64,000 bases of DNA from Octopus sinensis (Eukaryota): contig NC_043017.1 of the NCBI RefSeq assembly GCF_006345805.1, positions 1,178,001-1,242,000 of the forward strand, in the 5' to 3' direction. The notes beneath the pieces were generated by a model. It made no database searches. It saw only the letters and a list, made by a program, of their open reading frames with translations, and was not told the origin of the DNA. This document shows, piece after piece, positions 37,676 to 51,120 of the stretch (positions within the stretch are counted from its first letter, which is position 1; every line of letters starts with the position of its first letter). A program made the position numbers and the translations under genes.

Positions 37676-38453
37676 TTAAGGTATGTAGAAAAATACAACA
37701 TGGACAAGAACGTATAACTCTTAGAAGACGATACAATAAACATGGACAGGACATTCGAACCCCTCAGTCTTCAGTCAAGAACCGGATCATCGTAGTAATT
37801 TCGGCTGATTAATCTTGAGATTACTAGATCACGGCCAGCCCTCCAAGAAAAACTAAGCAACGAGCATTAGAAAACTAAGCTGGAAGCGTAGATTTCCTGG
37901 AAGAAGGATCGAATGCATACGAACACCAGGACAGCAAAAGGGACAGATATAAAAAAAACAAAAAACAATAATGGAATACAGAAACATGAAATACAGAAGC
38001 ATTAACGGTGAAAACAACAAGTGTCTTACGACTGATAACAAGCAAACAAATTTTTTCTCTGGCGCATTGGAAAAAGCCTTTATAGCGGCGGACGAGTCGT
38101 AAGACACTTGTTGTTTTCACCGTTAATGCTTCTGTATTTCATGTTTCTGTATTCCATTATTGTTTTTTGTTTTTTTTATATCTGTCCCTTTTGCTGTCCC
38201 GGTGTTCGTATGCATTCGATCCTTCTTCCAGGAAATCTACGCTTCCAGCTTAGTTTTTCTAATGCTCGTTGCTTAGTTTTTCTTGGAGGGCTGGCCGTGA
38301 TCTAGTAATCTCAAGATTAATCAGCCGAAATTACTACGATGATCCGGTTCTTGACTGAAGACTGAGGGGTTCGAATGTCCTGTCCATGTTTATTGTATCG
38401 TCTTCTAAGAGTTATACGTTCTTGTCCATGTTGTATTTTTCTACATACCTTAA
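37676..38453. repeat. Long inverted repeat, ~358-bp arms, 61-nt spacer
   Basis: 37676-38033 versus 38095-38453: one mismatch and one 1-nt indel; (TA)n on both sides. Confidence 0.95.
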
Positions 38454-38562
38454 CATATATTCCAGGCGCCCCGTACCCCCCCTTATCTTTAATGTATATA
38501 TATATATATATACATTTATATATATATATATATATATACGTAATATATTATATATACATATA

Positions 38563-38633
<71 letters not shown>

Positions 38634-39114
38634 TCATATATGTATATATTATATCTATATATCTGATACATATATAATATGCATAATATATATATGTATA
38701 TATATGTGTGTGTGTATATTATTCTAATACATGCACGCATTTACAGATGAATGCACAAACACACACATACACTCATATATATATAAGTGCAGTGGTATTT
38801 AAAATATGTACACAGGTATGGTAACATAATACAAGTAAACTTGCACAGAGAAGTTTAAATCAATGTTTATACCTAGAAATACGTTTCAACTTTTTATAAG
38901 ATAAATGATGAATCTCCCTATATATTACGGTATGTGTATATTATTCTCTCTCTCTCTCTCTTTCTGTATATATGCATATATATATGTGTGTATGTGTGCT
39001 TGTGTGTGTAGCGTGTATGTGTATTTGAATGTATATATATATATATATATACATGTATACATATATACACAGACATTCTTATCCCACAGATATGTATGTA
39101 TGTGTGTGTGGCGT

Positions 39115-39166
<52 letters not shown>

Positions 39167-39591
39167 TATTATATATATATATACCTACATATACATATAT
39201 GTATACTATATATATGTATATACGTATGTATGTATGTATGTATGTATGTATGTATGTATATATACATACATGTGAACACATCAGAGAAATTGCATTAGTA
39301 TCGGGAATACTTAAAGGCCGTAATGTAATAATGTGAAAGGTATCATCTCCGAAAGTGAAATAGTCACGCTTCACAGATTTTTCATCTAAAAACTGATTAG
39401 TTAATGAGTCTATGAATGAACGACAGTGCAGAACATATTAGCTACAAGTATCTGGAAGCAATCGGTTTAGACTTTCTCTGTCGCATTCTTTACTAATAGG
39501 CAATTATCGTAAACATTACCACTATATATTTAGATCTAGTGCATATTCCCTTGAATAACTATCACCACCCGCGCCATCATTGCTGTTATTA

Positions 39592-39675
<84 letters not shown>

Positions 39676-39719
39676 ATATCTACCTAGGTAAGTAGTTATC
39701 TTTCTATCTGTAATTATTA

Positions 39720-40145
39720 CAATAATGGCTTCAAATTTTGGCTCAATGCGAGCAAATTTCTGTGAAGTCGACTTCATCGACCTCACTTCTTAACTGGTAT
39801 GAATTTTGTCAACTCCGAAACGATAAAAGGTAAAGTCGACCTCGGAGGAATTTGAACGCAGAACGGATAAAAAATGTAACTCAGTATTTAGCACGACGTG
39901 CGAAAGTTTCTGCCAGCACGCCACTTTGATATTAATAATAATAATCCCTTCCATTAAAGGCCCAAAGCCCGGAATGTTTGGAGAGAAGAACAGTCGATTA
40001 CATCGACCACAGTGCATCACTGGTAATTAATTTATTGATGCCGAAGGGGTGAAATGCAAAATCGACCTTGGAGCAATTCGAACACAGAAGATAATGACGG
40101 ACGAAATGGCGATAAGCATTTTGCTTTGTATGTTTTCGCCGCCAT
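39720..40145 (-). repeat. Two SINE family A copies
   Basis: AAAGTCGACCTCGGAGGAATTTGAAC motif twice. Confidence 0.75.
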
Positions 40146-40152
40146 GATAATA

Positions 40153-40215
<63 letters not shown>

Positions 40216-40419
40216 AATAATAATAATAATAATATAATAATAATGATGATGATGATGATAATAATAATATATAATAATAATAATAATAATATAATAATAA
40301 TATAATAATATAATAATATAATGATAACAATAATTCTTTCTTTATTGCCACTAGGGCCGAACACAAAATATAGACGACAATACACAGACGTGTATATATA
40401 TAATATATATATATATATA

Positions 40420-40451
<32 letters not shown>

Positions 40452-41289
40452 CTCAGCTTGGTCTGATGGTATTTTTCTAGTCTTCTTTTCATAGACAGAC
40501 ATCAGTACATGATTGGTATTTTTTCGGTTGTCTCTAGCTGGTTTTGAGGCCTTTTAGTGTGGCCTTTCTTTCTTCATGTCTTGTAGTCCTCTCAGCTTCA
40601 TTTAAACGTTCTCTCTTATCCTTTAACGACATAATTTCAAACTTATTTGTAACTTTTGTGAAATAGACGTTATTTCTATTTGAACCTTTTCTTTCTTTGT
40701 TCAAAATTTTATTGATTTGTGAGGTGGTCGAAGTGGTAGTGGTACTGATATTTTCCTTGAACAATTGGCTGCTGCTAGTTATATTTCGTGATTCCTTGAT
40801 CGAATTCTCATTACACCTGACACTTCCACTCTGTTTGTTGCTGTTGCTGTTGTTGTCATTGCTGTTGCTACTCCCACTGCTACTCCCACTATCATTTATA
40901 TCTAAAGTGAGTGGGGTGACTGAAGTCGAAAGACAGTTTCGCGTTCCACATCTCCTCCCAATTCTTCCCTCCTGTTGACTTGCTGACAAAGACGACGCCA
41001 TATTAAATTCTGCGAATTTTGAAAGGAAAATTAATTTTCTTTTCGATTGATGTTTGGCCCACAGGGCAGAAAAAGATGCAATCCTGTTAATCAAGCCAGT
41101 ATAGTCTAGATTAACTTAGTCAGAAGTAATAAGAATAAAATGTCTTTAGAGGTAAACAAGGCACACATTTACGGAGCTCCGAAATACACGTCCACCTCTG
41201 GCGAAAATAATAATAATAATAATTATAATAATAATAATAATAATAATAATAAGAAGAAGAAGAAGAATAAATAATGATAATTTTTACTA

Positions 41290-41490
41290 TAGGCACAAGA
41301 CCTGCAATTTTGTGGGTGGGGACTAGTCGATTACATCGACCCCAGCGGTTCACTAGTACTTCATTCATTGACACCGAAAAGATGAAAGGCAAAGTCGACC
41401 CCGGCGGAATTTGTATGCAGAAGTGAAGACCAGCAAAATACCGCAAAGCCTTTCGCCCGGCGTCCTAACGAACCTGTCAGATCGCCGAAT
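41290..41490 (-). repeat. SINE family A copy
   Basis: GATGAAAGGCAAAGTCGACCCCGGCGGAATTTG...TTTCGCCCGGCG. Confidence 0.8.
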
Positions 41491-41519
41491 AATGATGATG
41501 ATGATGATAATGATGACTA

Positions 41520-42262
41520 TAGACGAGTTAGATCAATGCTAAAAACAAGATAATAGGTATCAACACACTAGCCGTCCAAATTGTATGTTACAGCTACAAT
41601 ATCCTTAACTGGACCCTAAATGAACTAACCAGAATAGACAGGTCAACAAGAAAAATGATGACAGGAGCTAGGATGCAGCACCCAAAATCTGACATAGAAA
41701 GGCTATATATACAACGTATAGAAGGTGGTAGAGGCCTTATAGAGCTGGAAAACTATTATAAAATAACCACCATAGGACTGCGAAAATACCTACTTCAGAA
41801 GCAAGAAAAACTAATACAAATAGCCACAAAACACGAGCAAAACAAAAAAAAAAAAAACAACACAAAAAATACAAACATGAAGCCATACTACCTAGCAAAT
41901 ATGAAGAAGAAGAGGAAACAATAACAGCTATAAAACAAATCAAATCCAAACTAAAACTAGAACAGAAACGGATCATAATAAAACGATGGCAAGAAAAACC
42001 CCTTCATGGCAAATACTGGACTAAACTAAATACGAAAGAAATAGACAAAAAAATATCCCAGCAATAGTTGAGAAACTCAGGACTCAAAGCAGAGGCTGAA
42101 GGATTTTTAATTGCAGCACAAGACCAAAGCCTCCCCACCAGAAATTACCAAAAACATGTAATGAAAAGAAACATAACAAGTAACTGCAGAATATGTGGAG
42201 ATGGGCAAGAAACAATAAATCATATTACCTCTGGCTGCCCAGTCCTGGCTAAAATGATATTC
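41520..42262 (+). mobile_element. R4/Dong-like LINE fragment (end of RT through CCHC)
   Basis: HPKSDIERLYIQRIEGGRGLIELE, KPLHGKYW, GLKAEAEGFLIAAQDQSLPTRNY, CRICGDGQETINHITSGCPVLAK. Confidence 0.85.
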
Positions 42263-42289
42263 CCCACTTTTCTCCTACACGTGTAGGGT

Positions 42290-42690
42290 TATACTAATTT
42301 ATGGACAGACATGTCTCTTATCGTCTGTGCTTTGGCGTGTGCTCCAGCCTTATGTTTTTAATATGATGCATATTGTGCCAGATCTCTGACCTCTCTCAAT
42401 GAAATCAATTCCTTTCACTGTATTGATGATGCCGATATTGAATTTCTCCTTGTGGTGTACACAGAAAGACACCATGATTTGGACAACACATTTCTTTGTT
42501 TTCCTTTTCAGGTTCGTGTGTAATCGTGTGTGGCAGGAGATTGCCCAGTTTATCGACATTGTAATTCTATGCTCTAGATTCTTCTTCAAATAGTTACACG
42601 TTAATTGATTTTTTAATGCTGGAGAAAATATTTGCTAAAGGCTGCAATCTGACTTGGATTCTGAAGAATTTTAAGGTCTGATGTGGGGTG
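42290..42690 (+). pseudogene. Decayed TIR-domain-like remnant
   Basis: In the expected order: GYTNL, F*YDAY (42362, box 1-like), NFSLWCTQKDTM (42441, box 2-like), IVILCSRFF (42558), LIDFLMLEKI (42601). Confidence 0.45.
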
Positions 42691-43449
42691 TGTGCGCGTC
42701 AAATTTATTGTCGGCGTTGCTCCAGTTGTTATTCACCGAGTCATTGATATCGCTTTGTTTTAAGAGACAAACGCCAGAATTTTTATTATTATTTCAAAGA
42801 ATGATTAATTTCTTTAATTTCGTTAGCTCGGTATTTCTATTTCTGTGAACTTCATAGGGGAAATATCCCAGTGTTTTATCACACCTGGAACCACGAGTGT
42901 GTTGAAAGTTATGAGCTACCAGAGAAGTTGTGTTTAGAAACACATTTGTTTTCGTGAATGTGTTACACCAAATAAATAAATGAATGAATCAAGAAAGAAA
43001 AAAGATGATTACAAGAAAGAAGAAAGAAAAAAACATGATTGCAAACACCTCGTTCTGTACCGATTCTGTGCAATATGATAAAAATACTAATACGATTTTT
43101 GAAAATTAAGAAAAAAAAATGCAAATCTTAAATAAATGCACAGATCAAAGTCTCTATGCCTAAGCAAGAAATACGCGCAACGATACGGCAACATCACCAA
43201 CAACAACAACATCAACAATTGTAATAGTTTCTTGCATAGGCATAATGCTGACATATGTGTGAAATCCCGATATGTTATGCATTTCGAGATGCATTCTTTC
43301 ATGAGTAAGAATGACAGCCAAAGAGAAATGCGATTGTACCTCATCAGTCTTCACACCCTCGGCAGTTTGCTGTGTTTTGGTTTCTCTAAAAACACAAGGT
43401 AGCTCCGGTTTTGTGTGTGCTGTGTAGCAATAATCTTGCCCTTTCTCCT

Positions 43450-44760
43450 CGCAAGGCGAGCTGGCACAAACGTTAGCACGTCGGGCGAAAAACTCAGTGG
43501 TATTTCGTTTGTCTTTGCGTCCTGAGTTCCAATTACGCACGGGGTCGACTTTGTTTTTTCATCCTTTTGCGGGCGATAAATTAAGTACCAGTTGCATACT
43601 GAGGTCGATCTAATCGACTGGCCTCCTCCCTCCAAAATTTCGGTCCTTGTGCCAAGAGTAGAAAAGACTATTATTCGCAAGGTATTTTGTTACTTCTTCA
43701 GCAAATAGATTACAATGGCACCTACCACCAATTAACACGAAGCGTAGCCTAGTGTGGTGAACGTGTTTGGCTCCAGGTCATAGGTTCGTCGTTTCAGTCC
43801 CCGGATAAGTTGGAAAATTTTGTACATACTCCATGCTCATCAACTCATGTTGTCCCAGTTTTTTCCACAGTGGTAAACAGTACTAGCTATGTATTAGCTT
43901 ATCTGTCAATCATTCCAGCTTTCGGAGAATGGTTTTTCCAGTGTGTCAATACTGAGGTAGGTGGCGAGAAGATTATTGTAGTCACTCGAGACTGGAGCGG
44001 CACTTAAAACAAATGTTTAAAGTATGATATATGATTCCCAATCATGATCGTCTCAAAAGTGCAAATTGCTGACACTCTGTTAAATAGAAACCAGCAAATA
44101 AAAGCAATGAAGAACGCATATCGAAGACAAATAAATCGGTGTTCGATAATTTTGGGAAGACACGCAATAAAAATAAAACTGAATAATAACAAGATCTACA
44201 ACAATAACAGCAACACCATCAACAACAACAAAACAAGAAAAATAATAACAACAATATTGATATTAATAACAACAATAACAACAACAGCAATAATAATGAT
44301 TTCAAATGTTTGCCACAAGGGCAGCATGGGGGAGGGGATTAAGTCGATTACACCGACTGTAGTGCGTAATTGGTACTTGATTAATCGACCCCGAAAGAGA
44401 GAAAGTCGACATCGGCGGAATTTGAACTCAGAACGTAGCGGCAGACGAAATACCACTAAGCATTTCGCCCGACGCGCTAACGTTTCTACCAGCTCGCAGC
44501 CTTAAGAACAGCAATAATCACAACAACAACAATAATGACAATAATAATGCTTTCTACTAAAGACACAAGGCCTGAAATTTGAGGTGAGGAGACTAGCCAA
44601 AGACATCGACCCCAGTGTTCCACTGGTATTTAATTTGCCGTCACCAAAAAGATGAATGGAAAAGATGACCTCGGAGGAATTTGAACTTAACGTAAACACG
44701 GAGGAAATGACGCTAAGCATTTCGCCCGGTGTGCTACCAATTCTGCCAGCTCGTCACTTT
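43450..44760. repeat. SINE cluster: three family A copies (43450-43670 +, 44300-44500 -, 44560-44760 -) and one other tRNA-like SINE (43740-43890)
   Basis: Family A body motifs; 43740-43890 has TAGCCTAGTGTGG and GTTTCAGTCC box-like motifs and is repeated at 44780-44940. Confidence 0.7.
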
Positions 44761-45267
44761 GATTAAAATAGCATATACCAAATACCATGGAGCGTAGCTT
44801 GGTGTGGAGAGTGTGTTTGTCTCACGGTCATACGTTCCCCGTTTCAATTCCTGGATAACGTAGAAACTATTGTACTTTCTTCATGTTCATCGTTTCATGT
44901 TGTTCCAGTTTTCCATCAGTGGTAAAATATACCAGCAATGATCCTTTCTAATATAGACACAAGGTCTGAAATTATAGTGGGGCTTTATTCGATTACATCG
45001 ACCATAGTGTTTCACGTGTACTTAATCGAATTCGAAAGAATGAAGGGCAATGTCGGTATTTGAAGTCGGAAGGTAGCGACAGTCGAAATAACAATAACAA
45101 TAATAGTAGTAAAAAGAACAACAACATCAACAATAATTATAATAATAATAATAGTCATAGTAATAATAATGATGATGATGGTGATGGTGATGGTGATGAT
45201 ATCTTTATTTGCCACCAGGGCGAATATTAGGGGGGTACAAATCAAAGGTAGTCAGTGTGGAGGTTTA

Positions 45268-45660
45268 CACATGTGGGTGTGTGGTGAGTTGCTTGCTTCC
45301 CACCCACATGATTCTGGGTTCAGTCACACTGCACGGCACCTTCTACTATAGCCTCGGACCGCACAATGCCTTGTGTGTGGACTTGATATGTATAAATGTG
45401 TGTGTGTGTGTGTGTGTTTGTGTGCTTGTCTGTGTGTCTGTGTGTGTGTGTGTGTGTGTGTGTTTTTCCCCACAAAATCGCTTCACAATCGATGCTGGTG
45501 TATTTACGTGCTTGTAACTTAGCGGTTCGGCAAAATTGACCGATAGCATAAGTACTAGGCTAACAAATATTAAGTCCTGGGGTCGATTTGTTCGACTAAA
45601 TGCGGTGCTCCAGCATGGCCTCAGTCAAATCACTGAAACAAATAACAGAATAAAGGAATA
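45268..45660 (+). repeat. Full-length SINE family B
   Basis: GGGTTCAGTCAC...TTCTACTATAGCCTCGG...(GT)n...GCGGTGCTCCAGCATGGCC. Confidence 0.8.
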
Positions 45661-45779
45661 TAATGAAATGCTACAATAAATAAATGAATAACAAAAAATA
45701 ACGTTGATGACGATAACGACGACGATGCTGGTGATGTCCGACGCTTGTAGTAGTTTATTAGGTTTAAGAAATAAAGAAG

Positions 45780-45871
<92 letters not shown>

Positions 45872-46162
45872 TAATAATAATTGGAAGAATAAGAGTATAA
45901 GAATAATGTAATGAAAGCAAATACGTGTCAATGTTGTTTAGAAAAAACAACAACAAATTGATGAGAAACAATAAAACGGAATGATAAAACTCTACATCTT
46001 GCTGTATTTTATATAAATCGAAATGTCACGGGAATACGGCAATTATCCGTTGTTATTGTTGCACGCTTCGCTTTAAATTTGCCAACATAATAACGTATCG
46101 AATAAACTTTAATTCCAAACCTATTTTACGTTGATAGATTTTTTGCACGCAGATACACATAC

Positions 46163-46239
<77 letters not shown>

Positions 46240-46523
46240 AACATATATATGTATGTGTGTGTTGATGTTGCTTTGTGTGTGTCTTTCTGTGTACGTATAT
46301 GGATTTGCACACACCCACAAAAAACACACCACAAACACACACGCACATAAAAACACACATATATATGTATGTTTTTCGTATATACATTCAAACAGGTATA
46401 TATATGCTTATATATGTATGTATCTGTGTGTATATGTTTGCATATATGTATATACTTGCATCTATGAGCAAAAGCTACATTTACATACATACAAGTACAC
46501 ATTCACACGTTCATACATACGTA

Positions 46524-46591
<68 letters not shown>

Positions 46592-46664
46592 TATATATAA
46601 ATATGTATGTATGTATGTATGTATATATATATATATGTATGTATGTATGTATATATATATATAT

Positions 46665-46733
<69 letters not shown>

Positions 46734-47447
46734 CATATATACGTACGTGTGCACATATCTACATGCACAGGTGAATATATTCTTCTTTTCATATATGCAC
46801 GCATATAAATATACACACATGCATGACACAAAAACAATGAAAGAAAACATTTTCCTAAAAAGTATATCAAAGATGTCGATGTTGAAAAATTAAACAAATG
46901 TTAACATTTCTCGCTCTCCTCTATTGGTATTTGTAACTCTTTCCGATGCTCTTTATAAGTTTATTGAAAACATTGCTATTCTCGATTATCGGTTTTGTTT
47001 ATATTTGAACTCCATTTTTTTTTCACGTGGTTCATGATGTTGTTTTTCCATTTGCTACGGTAGTTTATTTATTGTTTTCTGTTTTTGTCTTATCGTCGGT
47101 TCATTTATAAACGAGGTGATACATTACACTTAACTTTTCATTTAAGTGAGTATTTGTCGCTGTTGACTCGTTGCCAAATCAATGATAACATAACACAACA
47201 TACGGGCATCTAATCATGTGTTTTCTATCATCTTCTCTTTTTTTTTTTCGTAAGCGTTTTTGCAATATCTGCTTCTGTTGTCTAAAATAAATCGTATCGC
47301 AATTTCAAATGACTATTATTTTTAATGCTTTTGATATTATAAAAGAAGTATCTATCATCATCACCATCATCATCATCATCATCATCATCACCAACCTCCT
47401 CCTCATTTTCCTCCTCCTCCTCCTTTTCCTCCTCCTCCTCCTCGTTA

Positions 47448-47507
<60 letters not shown>

Positions 47508-47558
47508 TTACTATTATTATTATTTTTAATATTATTATTATTGCTGTTGTTGTTGCTA

Positions 47559-47635
<77 letters not shown>

Positions 47636-48087
47636 GTTATTGTTATTATGATTAAATTTAACCTCAAATAGAATAAACTGCTGATGCTCAAATTATATTA
47701 CACGGTAAAAAAAAATTGTTTTCGTTTTCCATACTTTTATTTACACGTTTTTCTGGTTTCTTATCTTCAGTGTATATTCACTGATACCTCCTCTATCACT
47801 CTATGTGTGTGTGTGTCTGTGTGTGTCTGTGTGCGTGTATGTATTGCTTAGTTGATATATGTGTCCATCCTTTGTTATAACTGTTGACAGCGTATCCGGA
47901 TTTCTTTGTCAGCTGCAATAAGTTCAGGGAATTTAGAAGGAAAATTAAAGATAATAACACAGCGTGGCATCTTTATTGCCTACCGTTTTGTAGCTTGTTG
48001 GCAGGATTCATGCAGCGACGACGATGGGGACGTCGATGACGACAACAACGACGATGATGACGGTGCTGCTGCTGCTGCTGAGGATGT

Positions 48088-48123
<36 letters not shown>

Positions 48124-48127
48124 CGAC

Positions 48128-48188
<61 letters not shown>

Positions 48189-48592
48189 GTGATGTCGATG
48201 GTGATTGTGGTGATGATTACGATGATGATTGTGGTGATGATGATGATGATGATGTTGATGATGACGGTTCTGGTGATGGTAGTGCTGATGCTGGTGGTGG
48301 TGATGATAACAATGATTATGATGATGATGTTAAATTATTTTATCGACCGAAAGGTCCTAAGTCATGGAGTACAATAACTGTCCGTGTGTACGATGTACAT
48401 CACGCAAACCAGTGAATGTAGGAGACCCTATAACAATTAGTATACAACAAAAGCATATAAGAACAGAAGTTAGAAAAATGAATAATTATTAAATAGAATA
48501 CGCAACAGCGGGGTATACCATTTAGAGTAATTCCATGTAAACTCCCCACAAAAATCTCCGAGCCCATTTCCAAGGCATGGGATGCGTTATCT

Positions 48593-48625
<33 letters not shown>

Positions 48626-48627
48626 TG

Positions 48628-48667
<40 letters not shown>

Positions 48668-48668
48668 C

Positions 48669-48719
<51 letters not shown>

Positions 48720-48722
<3 letters not shown>

Positions 48723-48845
48723 GACGGGCTTCTTCCAGTTTTCGTCTACCAAATCCACTCACATGGCTTTGGTCGGCCCGAGACCATAACAAAAGACTCT
48801 CACCCAAGGTGGGACGGAACTCGGAACCACATGGTTGCAACAACG
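48720..48845 (-). repeat. SINE family B 5' part
   Basis: ACGACGGGCTTCTTCCAGTTTTCGTCTACCAAATCCACTCAC...GGAACCACATGGTT. Confidence 0.7.
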
Positions 48846-49535
48846 TATAAAAGAGAAACGAAACATCGCACCGATCCATCGATCCATTCACTTTTATTTC
48901 TAAACTTTGAAAAAGAGACGAATAAATATAAATCGCAGTATTGTATATTATATATAGACTGAGGAACCTAGCATTGAGACTAATTCGGCGACCTTCAAAA
49001 ATATCAATACTGAAATATCGACATATTCTTTTCGTCCAGATTTGAAAGTAATCGATATATTATATGGAACGGTATAACATTTTCTTTCCTTTTTTATTTC
49101 CAATAATTCCTGACTGTTATACAATATGCCACAGAAATGTCACTGAAAGGTGTAACAATTCTTTGTTTTGACTACGACGAAATCGTATGCGAGAAGTAAT
49201 GGTTTATTTCGCTGTTTCCTAGTGGAACCTGTTATTTGCATTCGACATCCAGAAATCAATAATTTTTCCTGTATAAATACATGCGCATAATTGATAAAAT
49301 GGTGTCTGACGGGCTCTGCTTCCAGAAACGCCCTCAGAACCATAATATTATTTATTCTGGTATAATGCACAACAGGCACATCTGTATAGTTATGGTAATG
49401 CTCGTCTTCTGAGCGGGTGATTTCGAGGTTAGTACCACTAAGCGATAATTTGGGCAGGTGGTTTCTACAGCAGGCTCGGGTCAACCAATGACACTTTCGA
49501 GAGAATTCGGCAGACGGAAACTGTCGACGCCCTGA

Positions 49536-49764
<229 letters not shown>

Positions 49765-49876
49765 TAATCCAAACAAGAAAACACAGAAAAAAAGAATAAA
49801 AAGAGAAAAAAACACAGCAACGCAGGACGTGGAGCAATTAAAGTATTATTGACGCTCAGGAAAGAAGGGAAGGAGG

Positions 49877-49911
49877 GTTTAACGTTTCGAGCGGAGCTCT
49901 TCGTCGGAAAC
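49877..49911 (-). ncRNA. Minimal type I hammerhead-like motif with a U4C core variant
   Basis: GUUU-CCGACGA-A-GAGC-UCC-GCUC-GAAA-CGU-U-AAAC: stems I and II pair, palindromic ACGU stem III; core reads CCGACGA instead of CUGANGA. Confidence 0.55.
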
Positions 49912-50869
49912 AAGGAGAAGGAAAGATCCCAAGGAGGGAAGACAAAGGAGAAAATATTTGAGCTGGTGTTGCTCAAGAGATCACATGTTGATCACATGTT
50001 ATATATATATAAGTAATGAGAATATGAGCGGCTTATGAGCAATTTAACAACCTAAGGGCAGATTTGTAGACGTCACTAAAGTCACAGAGAGTAAAAGGTG
50101 GTACCAGCATAGCGTGGCATGAGTCAAAACGACTTATTAGCCACAAAAGCACTACAAAAAAAGCTGACCTTTAGGAAGCTTTGTCTTCTTTCTCCACCCC
50201 TCCCTTTAGGAAGCTTTGTCTTCTTTCTCCACCCCTCTCTCTCCATATATATATATATATGGGACATTTATATGTAGTGAGAGGGTAGATAAGTAGATAA
50301 CTGCCCCATGAACGAAGCGAAGTTAATGATACTGAACAGCAGAATTTCATTTTAACAGGAAACGACATCTTTGTGCCTCCGTCGCTTCCAGAGAACAGTT
50401 AGTTCCTTCTGTCAGTATATATATTCGTTATGTGTATTTATGACTGATTTGGAGAAATGCCAAATCGTAGAGTATAAAATTAATTTGAGTTGCTTGGCAC
50501 AATAGAAACTGTACAAGGAAAAATTTAATAGACACTAATTGAGACTGTATGTACAAGAAGCTCGTATATTGCTAGAGACAGCAGTCAAACCACTTATAGC
50601 TTCATAGAAGAAAAAAAACAGTTATTACCTTTTTTAGAGCCGAGTGATCTGGAGCAAAGGGAAATAAAATCTCTCGTTTAAGGACACAAGACGCCGCCAA
50701 GAACCGAACTCATGAACTTACGTCCATTAACCGAATACCTGAACCACTAAACCACGCGCATTCACAGTTAATAAACACTAAAGTAGTGATGCGCAATAGG
50801 GACACCACTCTCTCCATTTCTATCTCTCTTCATGTATTGCGAAGGTGTAATCATGGCCATCCGTGCCAA

Positions 50870-51120
50870 GTTTGAAGATCATGATTTTACATGAATTAAG
50901 ATGCAGCAGCATTTTCTTTCTGATTTTAGCGGTATATTTACCATTAACGCAGGTAGCCTTCTGGCAACCCCATATTTTTCTTCAGGTACAATACCCTCGT
51001 CACACTTACGTAGGGGCACAGATTCAAATGGTACATCTGTAAAACGCAGTTCTCCTGCAAGTGCTGTTTGCTCAGCCACAATTCTCTCATTTGACAGATA
51101 GTACTGTATGTCACCCTGGA
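50870..51120 (-). mobile_element. Possible very old RTE-like endonuclease fragment
   Basis: ERIVAEQTALAGELRFTDV...EEKYGVA...PLKSERKC loosely follows the RTE APE pattern IAALSETRF...GVG...RLPL. Confidence 0.3.

Noticed and set aside
38355-38390. CTGAAGA...GAAT in the long inverted repeat arm
   Set aside because: GAAT instead of GAAA and no stem I partner.
47906-48415. 169-aa poly-Asp ORF
   Set aside because: A (GAT)n array with no non-repetitive coding signal.
50168-50237. 35-bp direct tandem duplication
   Set aside because: A simple two-copy slippage product with no further structure.
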